From NCBI GenBank assembly GCA_019056805.1, contig DXJG01000009.1, positions 60,001 to 92,000 on the forward strand: a stretch of DNA of 32,000 nt, written 5' to 3'. The DNA comes from Candidatus Baldrarchaeota archaeon (GTDB taxonomy: Archaea; Asgardarchaeota; Baldrarchaeia; Baldrarchaeales; DXJG01). A program made the position numbers and the translations under genes. The notes beneath the pieces were generated by a model, which saw nothing but the letters and a program-made list of their open reading frames with translations, was not told the DNA's origin and did no database searches. Shown in pieces: positions 25,959 through 32,000 of the stretch (positions are counted from its first letter, which is position 1; each line of letters starts with the position of its first letter).

Positions 25959-26268
25959 AAGACACCCTTACGACTTAACACCAGAAGAACTTGAAAAACT
26001 ATGTGAAATAGCTGAGGATACCGCAAGAAAACACATATTTACAAAAGTATCTAAAAGCGATGTCATAAATTTCGCCACAATCGTAGATATAGAGACAAAA
26101 GAAGATCAACTAAATGTAGATGTACGTGTAGAACTTGATCTAATGCCATTTATCAGGTTTAACGCTGATACATTGGCAAATGAAGCTGCAGAAAAAGCAA
26201 TTAAAGCCGTAGAAAAGAAACTGAGGGAACTAACCGGTGAAAACACAAGAACTAATAAAATTTCTTAA
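25948..26268 (+). CDS. DUF3194-like protein
   Basis: LTPEELEKLCEIAE..AR..IF..V, LNVDVRVELD, LANEAAEKA; position between pfdB and DHH. Confidence 0.7.
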   Translation: MQNKRHPYDLTPEELEKLCEIAEDTARKHIFTKVSKSDVINFATIVDIETKEDQLNVDVRVELDLMPFIRFNADTLANEAAEKAIKAVEKKLRELTGENTRTNKIS

Positions 26269-27220
26269 TAGCCTTTCTCCAAGGAAAATAGCAATAATAG
26301 GACATAAAAATGCAGATCCCGATGCAATTTGCAGTATGTATGCTCTTTCATATTTTTTAAAAAATTTACATAAAGATGCTGAGATATCAATAATTGCTGA
26401 AAACGTCAATAAAGTTTCTGAAAAAATAATATCAGAACTAAACCTTACAGTAGAATCAACCCTTACTTTTAAACCTGAAATAATAATACTTGTTGACGCA
26501 AACAATTTAGTACAAATAGGAAAAATCAAAGAACACCTACCAAGTAACACGCCTATCATAGTTATAGATCACCATATATCTCATCCCGAAACAGACAAGA
26601 TTTCACAATTTAAAATAATAGATGAAAAAGCAACATCAAGCTCAGAAATAATTTACAAAATTCTCAGGGACACAACTTTAAAAATAGAACCAAAGATCGC
26701 TTTAAGCCTACTAATAGGCATCCTATACGACACAAGAAGATTTACAATAATAAGCAATGAAACCTTTTCAATAGTACTAAACTTATTAAAAGCAGGCGCA
26801 AATTATGAAAAAGCCCTCGACTTACTGAGAACAACCATGGATAGATCAGAGAAATTAGCCAGACTAAAAGCTGCACAAAGAGCCACAATACACAAAATAG
26901 GAGACTGGATAATCGTAACATCCCACGTAAGCGCCTATGAAGCAAGCGCATGCAGAGCCTTTATAGATTTAGGAGCTGACGCAGCTTTCGTTGCAGCTGA
27001 AAAAGAAGACGAAATACGTATAAGTGCGAGAGCAACCCAAGAATTCTTTGAAAAAACTGGCATAAATTTAGCAAAGGTAATGGAGAAAGTTGGACATGTA
27101 ATAGGCGGTGTAGGAGGAGGCCATCCAACAGCTGCAGGGGCCAACGGAACAAAAAACGCACAGGAAGGAATAAAAGAAGCCCTTAAAATATTAGAAAAAG
27201 AAATAGCTAAATTATCCTAG
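26237..27220 (+). CDS. DHH/DHHA1 phosphoesterase (NrnA-like)
   Basis: GHKNADPDA, VDANN, IDHH, GILYDT, GGGHPTAAG. Confidence 0.92.
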   Translation: MKTQELIKFLNSLSPRKIAIIGHKNADPDAICSMYALSYFLKNLHKDAEISIIAENVNKVSEKIISELNLTVESTLTFKPEIIILVDANNLVQIGKIKEHLPSNTPIIVIDHHISHPETDKISQFKIIDEKATSSSEIIYKILRDTTLKIEPKIALSLLIGILYDTRRFTIISNETFSIVLNLLKAGANYEKALDLLRTTMDRSEKLARLKAAQRATIHKIGDWIIVTSHVSAYEASACRAFIDLGADAAFVAAEKEDEIRISARATQEFFEKTGINLAKVMEKVGHVIGGVGGGHPTAAGANGTKNAQEGIKEALKILEKEIAKLS

Positions 27221-27294
27221 CTTCTTACTCGTTTTTGAGTAAAAATTTTAAAATTCTTTATATACTTTACATTTGTCGAAAATTTATGCGGGGA

Positions 27295-28143
27295 ATGCTA
27301 GTGGTTCTCATTGAAATAAAGAATCTTTCTTTCACCTATGCTAATACAGAAGAACCAGCAATAAAAAACATAGATTTAACTATAAATGAGGGAGAGTTTG
27401 TACTTTTAACCGGACCAAGTGGATGTGGAAAAACAACATTATGCCGTTGTCTAAATGGTTTGATTCCACATTTCTATAATGGAGAAATGGAAGGCGACGT
27501 AATAATAGATGGCTTAAACACTAAAGAACACCCGGTCTATGAACTTGCTCAAAAAGTCGGTCTAGTTTTTCAAGACCCAGAAAATCAGCTAGTTTCTTTA
27601 AATGTAGAAAAGGAATTAGCTTTCGCACCAGAAAATCTCGGACTTCCAAGAGAAGAAATTAGAAAGAGAGTAGAAGAAACTCTTCAACTTTTAAAAATAG
27701 AACATCTCAGACATAAAGCACCATACGAGCTTTCAGGAGGCGAACAGCAAAGGGTTGCCATTGCTTCAGTTTTAACACTTAAACCTAAAATACTTGTCTT
27801 AGATGAACCAACCTCAAATTTAGATCCAAAAGGTGCAGAACAGGTTCTTAAAACGATTAAAAAATTAAATGAGGAATTAAATGTAACAATTATACTTATA
27901 GAACACCGATTAGATTTAATTTTACCCTATACTAGCAGAGTAGTTCTAATGGATAAAGGAGAAATAATACTAGATGCTCCGCCCTATGAAGCTTTTTGTT
28001 CAAGTATCCCGGAAGAAATAGGAGTTGATGTACCTGTTTCCATTAAATTATATAATGAACTTTTAAAAATAGGCATGAAATTCAATAAAGTTCCACTTTC
28101 CACAAAAGACGCAGCAGAACTACTAACGGAGGTCCTTAAATGA
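27295..28143 (+). CDS. ecfA1: ECF transporter ATPase A
   Basis: GPSGCGKTT, VFQDPENQL, LSGGEQQRVAIA, LDEPTSNLDP, IEHRLD. Start 27295 or 27301 (track start 27235). Confidence 0.93.
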   Translation: MLVVLIEIKNLSFTYANTEEPAIKNIDLTINEGEFVLLTGPSGCGKTTLCRCLNGLIPHFYNGEMEGDVIIDGLNTKEHPVYELAQKVGLVFQDPENQLVSLNVEKELAFAPENLGLPREEIRKRVEETLQLLKIEHLRHKAPYELSGGEQQRVAIASVLTLKPKILVLDEPTSNLDPKGAEQVLKTIKKLNEELNVTIILIEHRLDLILPYTSRVVLMDKGEIILDAPPYEAFCSSIPEEIGVDVPVSIKLYNELLKIGMKFNKVPLSTKDAAELLTEVLK

Positions 28144-28961
28144 TCGAAGTAGCCGATCTATGGTTCACTTATCCCGAGGGTACAATAGCTCTTAGAGGGG
28201 TATCGCTTAGAATCGGGGATGGAGAATCCATAGCCATAATGGGTGAAAACGGTGCAGGGAAAACGACATTAGTTAAACATTTTAACGGTCTCTTGAAGCC
28301 ACAAAAGGGAACAGTCTTAATAGATGGAGTTGATACTAGAGAGGTATCAGTTGCAAAACTGGCTAAAAAAGTTGGGCTTGTTTTTCAAAATCCAGATCAT
28401 CAACTTTTCTCCTCAACCGTTGAAGAAGAGGTAATGTTTGCCCTTAAAAATCTTGGATTTACAAGCGAAGAAATAAAAGAGAGAACGAATTGGGTATTAA
28501 AATTTCTAGATTTGGAAAAATATAGAGAAAGGTCGCCTTTATCTTTAAGCGGCGGGGAACGGAAAAGGGTAGCATTAGCTTCAGTTTTATGCGTCAAGCC
28601 TAAAATACTTGTCTTAGATGAACCAACTATTGGACAAGATGCAAAACAAAAAAGAAAACTAGGAGAACTTCTTAAAAAATATCAAGAAGAGGGAAATACT
28701 GTTATTGTAGTAACTCATGATGTTGAGTTTGCTTCAAAATACTTTAAAAGAATTGTAGTAATGGCAAAAGGCAAAGTGATTGCTGATGGACCACCAAACA
28801 AAGTGCTAACAAACCCAACTATATTAAACGAGTCTTCTCTTACTCCTCCACAAGTAGCTATTCTATCATATGAAATAGCAAAGAAAATTAACAACTTTCC
28901 TAAAGACATCGTTCTCTTCAATGACCTACTGCAAGAAGTTATTACGAGGGTTAAGAGGTGA
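28140..28961 (+). CDS. ecfA2: ECF transporter ATPase A'
   Basis: GENGAGKTT, VFQNPDHQL, LSGGERKRVALA, LDEPTIGQD, VTHDVE. Confidence 0.93.
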   Translation: MIEVADLWFTYPEGTIALRGVSLRIGDGESIAIMGENGAGKTTLVKHFNGLLKPQKGTVLIDGVDTREVSVAKLAKKVGLVFQNPDHQLFSSTVEEEVMFALKNLGFTSEEIKERTNWVLKFLDLEKYRERSPLSLSGGERKRVALASVLCVKPKILVLDEPTIGQDAKQKRKLGELLKKYQEEGNTVIVVTHDVEFASKYFKRIVVMAKGKVIADGPPNKVLTNPTILNESSLTPPQVAILSYEIAKKINNFPKDIVLFNDLLQEVITRVKR

Positions 28962-28965
28962 TTTT

Positions 28966-29730
28966 ATGTCCTATACAATGTTTAGCGCATTTGAATTTAA
29001 ACGAAAAGACACATATATTCACAATTTGGACCCGAGAACAAAGATGTTCATGACCCTCATATTTATGACCGTTGCCTTACTATTTACCAGCATAGTCCCT
29101 TTACTCATAACATTTATTGCTACTCTAATACCTGTTTTACTCGCAAAATCAGTAAAAGAATGGCTAAGTAGCTTAAAAGGAACCACAATGCTACTAGTTT
29201 TCATTTTAGTGATAAACAGCTTTGTAAGAGACCTCAACTTCGCTGTCGCTATGGTACTACGTTTAATAGTATTAATTACAGCATTCTCTGCATTTTTCCT
29301 AACAACTCATCCCGATGACTTAGCTCAAGCATTAATACAAATGAAGGTACCATTTGATTTCGCCTTTGCCCTATCAATGGCCACACGATACGTTCCAACA
29401 TTAGCAAGAGAAGCACAAACAATAATGGATGCTCAAATGTCTAGAGGACTAGAACTCCAAAGAGGAGGCTTAACCCAGAAAATAAGAAATCTTATACCTC
29501 TTATAATACCGTTAATTGTAAATTCTGTGAGAAGAGCCATGTCGATTGCGGAAAGCCTTGAATCTAGAGCCTTTGGAGCAATAAAAAAGAGAACCTATCT
29601 TTACCAGCTAAAACTAACGAAAGGAGATTTTCTTTTCCTATGTTTCCTCATCATGTATTTTGTAACAATGATATATCTCAAGTTCTACTTCCCGTTCACT
29701 ACTTGGATGGAATGGAAACTACCATTATAA
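28966..29730 (+). CDS. ecfT: ECF transporter transmembrane T component
   Basis: HNLDPRTK, FFLTTHPDDL, RYVPTL, AQMSRG and SLESRAFG (two XRX motifs). ATG 28966 follows GAGGTGA. Confidence 0.93.
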   Translation: MSYTMFSAFEFKRKDTYIHNLDPRTKMFMTLIFMTVALLFTSIVPLLITFIATLIPVLLAKSVKEWLSSLKGTTMLLVFILVINSFVRDLNFAVAMVLRLIVLITAFSAFFLTTHPDDLAQALIQMKVPFDFAFALSMATRYVPTLAREAQTIMDAQMSRGLELQRGGLTQKIRNLIPLIIPLIVNSVRRAMSIAESLESRAFGAIKKRTYLYQLKLTKGDFLFLCFLIMYFVTMIYLKFYFPFTTWMEWKLPL

Positions 29731-29816
29731 TCCTCCTAAATCAAAACTAGAAAGTTCACTGCATCTATAAATACTATTTTCTGTTTATTTTAATCTTTGC
29801 CATTATATGAAATAGA

Positions 29817-29846
29817 ATCGGTTTAAAACCGGCGTTTTACACCGAT
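29817..29846. promoter_or_regulatory. 30-bp imperfect palindrome upstream of the ThermoDBP-related gene
   Basis: ATCGGT-T-TAAAAC-CGGC-GTTTTA-C-ACCGAT: 12 paired positions, one mismatch, 4-nt loop, followed by a T tract. Confidence 0.35.
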
Positions 29847-29934
29847 ATCTTTATTTTTTCAAATTATAATAAATAATAATAGAGATATTTGAATTCTTTC
29901 GACGTTATTAAGATAAAATCAAGGGGGGATGGAT

Positions 29935-30369
29935 ATGCCCACGCTTTCAACGGGATTCGTAAGAGCAGCTGTATATGCAGATAAAGTAAGAAGAGTTCTA
30001 TTTGCAAGAGCAAAAGGCTTAGATCCACAAGAAATTGTAAGAGCAGCGGCAGAGTTCAACATGAAGATTTTTGACATAATGCAGGAACGTAAAGTAGATA
30101 AAAGCGACGTAGTTAGAATTAGATGCGACTTTAATATAAAAGATGGTAAAATTGAGTGGAACTGGGATTCTCTCGAACTTGAAGTGTATTCACGAGAAGA
30201 AAAACCACTACTCAGCGAAGCGATGGGAGAAGTTGAAGAAAGCAGAGAGGCTCTAAAGGAAATAGTAACCGAACTTAGCGGGCTATCAACCGAATTAATG
30301 AACATTGCGCAAAAAATTAACGAACTTATAAATAGAGTTAGAAGAGAACACATAGGAGAAGAAAGATAA
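29935..30369 (+). CDS. ThermoDBP-related single-stranded nucleic-acid-binding protein (DUF2258)
   Basis: MPTLSTGFVRAAVYADKVRRVLFA..EIVRAAAEFN..DKSDVVRIR..DGKIEWNWDSLELEVY plus C-terminal heptad coiled coil. Confidence 0.82.
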   Translation: MPTLSTGFVRAAVYADKVRRVLFARAKGLDPQEIVRAAAEFNMKIFDIMQERKVDKSDVVRIRCDFNIKDGKIEWNWDSLELEVYSREEKPLLSEAMGEVEESREALKEIVTELSGLSTELMNIAQKINELINRVRREHIGEER

Positions 30370-30548
30370 GGACACGAGTAACTGAAATATCTGGACAATA
30401 TACTTGTTGAATTTCCCCAAATTTTTATAAATCGATTACTATAACAAAATCAATCTCACTGGTAGTTCTTAGGATTTTAAGGAAGACATTTCTAGATTTT
30501 AAAATAATAAAAAGTTGTTGAAGTTTACACAGCACGAAGTAACACGCG

Positions 30549-31127
30549 TTAAAGTTCTAGTTCTAGAAAATAATTGACTAACACGTTTTTTATTCCAGTT
30601 TTTAAAAGTTCTTCCCTTATTGCTTCTTTAGATTTTTTCTCGCTTTTTAGCTTGCTTACAAGTTTACTAATAGTTTCCCTTATTTCCCAGGGATAAATGA
30701 TCCATGCATCGGTTTCAACAACGAAATAATCAGGCTTGTAAGCAGACCACGGCTTCAAGTGTAAAGTAGCTACTTTTACATCTTTTGCACCGTGTTCCTT
30801 CACGTGTTCCACCGCGGCAATCAGACTGTGACCTGTATCCGCAACATCATCGCAAATTAAAACTCTCTTGTCTTTCACATCTACTATGAGAGGTTGAGTT
30901 ATCTGAGGTTTCTCCCCTGTTTCCGCAATACCCTTGTAAAATTCTATTCTAATACTTGTGACATTGCTGTTATCCAGAAAATCTGAGAGTAATCTTGCAA
31001 CTATCCAGCCACCCCTAGCAATACCGACAAGAATATCAGGATTAAATCCTGATTTCCAAATTTTTTCTGCAACTTTAAGAGTTAAATCATAGACTTCATC
31101 CCACCACAGAGCTAAGAACTTAACCAA
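30549..31127 (-). CDS. Purine phosphoribosyltransferase (xanthine/guanine PRT-like)
   Basis: VGIARGG, PRPP motif VLICDDVADTGHSL, KPDYF, WIIYPWE. Confidence 0.9.
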   Translation of the reverse strand: MVKFLALWWDEVYDLTLKVAEKIWKSGFNPDILVGIARGGWIVARLLSDFLDNSNVTSIRIEFYKGIAETGEKPQITQPLIVDVKDKRVLICDDVADTGHSLIAAVEHVKEHGAKDVKVATLHLKPWSAYKPDYFVVETDAWIIYPWEIRETISKLVSKLKSEKKSKEAIREELLKTGIKNVLVNYFLELEL

Positions 31128-31330
31128 CCTCTACACCCCTACAAGTGAGTGCCAAGACTACCATCACTGTCTGTGGAAGTAAAGTATTTGAAAGTTTATC
31201 AACTTTTTTAATCCAGCTTCGCTGTAAATATCACCCATTCGGTAATTCGTAACTAAACTAATTTAATTTAAAAATCATATTAACAGCAAATGTTAAAATT
31301 ATCGAGACATTTAAGTCTTAGGTGACATGC

Positions 31331-31918
31331 ATGAGGCTAATTCAACTAAATAAAAACGATGTCTACAAAAATTATCGTTACATGAGTATTTCAGCTCTAA
31401 CACAGATAAAACCAATAACCAAGGATGTACTCGAAAAAATCATGCTAATATCAGAAAAAGAAAACGTCGTCATTCAACTTTTTGATGCAAGAAAAATTGC
31501 AACTTGGAAACACGTATTCATCGCAACATTAAATGCGATCGCAGCATTTAAACAAAAACGTAACATAGCGTCCAGATTATCTTTAGAAATTTTACTCTAT
31601 GCAACAGCACAGAGACAGATAAAAGATGCCATAAATATATTAGGAGTTTCTGAACAAACTAAAGAAGTAGCAATCTTAGTGTTAGGAGAAACCAAAGAAA
31701 AAGTAACCACCGTGTTTAAACAGGTAGTTAGTTTTCTTAATGGAAAAGAGGAAGAAAATTTACTCGAGATTTATAGTAAAGAAAAGTTTAACCAGCTATT
31801 AAATACTTTTAAAATAGACGAGGAAGAAATAAGCGCTGTTACAATGGAAGAAAATGAAGAGGAAGCGGTTGTTAAGTGTATCATAGATAGAATATCAATT
31901 TTCGCTGTAGAAAAGTAA
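31331..31918 (+). CDS. cgi121: KEOPS complex subunit Cgi121
   Basis: IQLFDARKIATWKHV..A..NA..AF...RNIA..L..EILLYATAQRQI.DAI..LG. Confidence 0.9.
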   Translation: MRLIQLNKNDVYKNYRYMSISALTQIKPITKDVLEKIMLISEKENVVIQLFDARKIATWKHVFIATLNAIAAFKQKRNIASRLSLEILLYATAQRQIKDAINILGVSEQTKEVAILVLGETKEKVTTVFKQVVSFLNGKEEENLLEIYSKEKFNQLLNTFKIDEEEISAVTMEENEEEAVVKCIIDRISIFAVEK

Positions 31919-31999
31919 TCATCTTCCTCTAATTTTTGCTATAGATAATATATCATCAGGTTTTAAGACGGAAATACCTGTCCATTTCCCAACAATTTC
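31919..31999 (-). CDS. C-terminal fragment of an unidentified protein running off the window
   Basis: Minus frame reads EIVGKWTGISVLKPDDILSIAKIRGR*; its stop abuts the cgi121 stop. Too short to assign. Confidence 0.4.
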   Translation of the reverse strand, partial: EIVGKWTGISVLKPDDILSIAKIRGR

Positions 32000-32000
32000 A

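Noticed and set aside
1-32000. CRISPR array, rRNA, selenocysteine/pyrrolysine readthrough or programmed frameshift
   Set aside because: No regularly spaced repeats or rRNA-like tract seen; recognised genes appear full length and uninterrupted.

Overview
Low-GC (roughly one third G+C by eye) archaeal chromosome segment, mostly core information-processing genes. The lineage is probably outside Euryarchaeota (TACK/Asgard-like); this is inferred from multi-intron tRNAs and a ThermoDBP-related gene and cannot be fixed from the window. Left: aIF-2beta (partial)-DUF424-NMD3-aIF-1A-RIO1-KH(Dim2), converging on a divergent top6B-top6A pair whose subunits carry an insertion (B) and an N-terminal extension (A). 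Middle: three intron-containing tRNAs (Asn-GTT with three introns, Ile2-CAT with two, Phe-GAA with one D-arm intron) bracket a small redox/radical cassette (QueG/RdhA-like Fe-S protein, MSMEG_0568/NitD-type radical SAM, GNAT). This is followed by an MFS transporter, a second radical SAM, DUF2095, YchF and SerA. Right: the archaeal exosome/proteasome superoperon (eL15 to DHH), preceded by a three-way-junction eL15 leader and interrupted by a box C/D sRNA, a JAMM protease, an Lrp regulator and an orphan membrane protein. It ends with an ECF AA'T module, a ThermoDBP-related ssDNA-binding protein, a purine PRT and Cgi121. The most notable signals lie outside the ORF track: the triple-intron tRNA-Asn with 8- and 7-nt micro-exons, a C/D guide whose +5 rule points to 23S Gm2251, the eL15 leader, and sharp C-rich to G-rich strand-skew switches centred on both tRNA loci. 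No CRISPR array, integrase, transposase or rRNA was seen.
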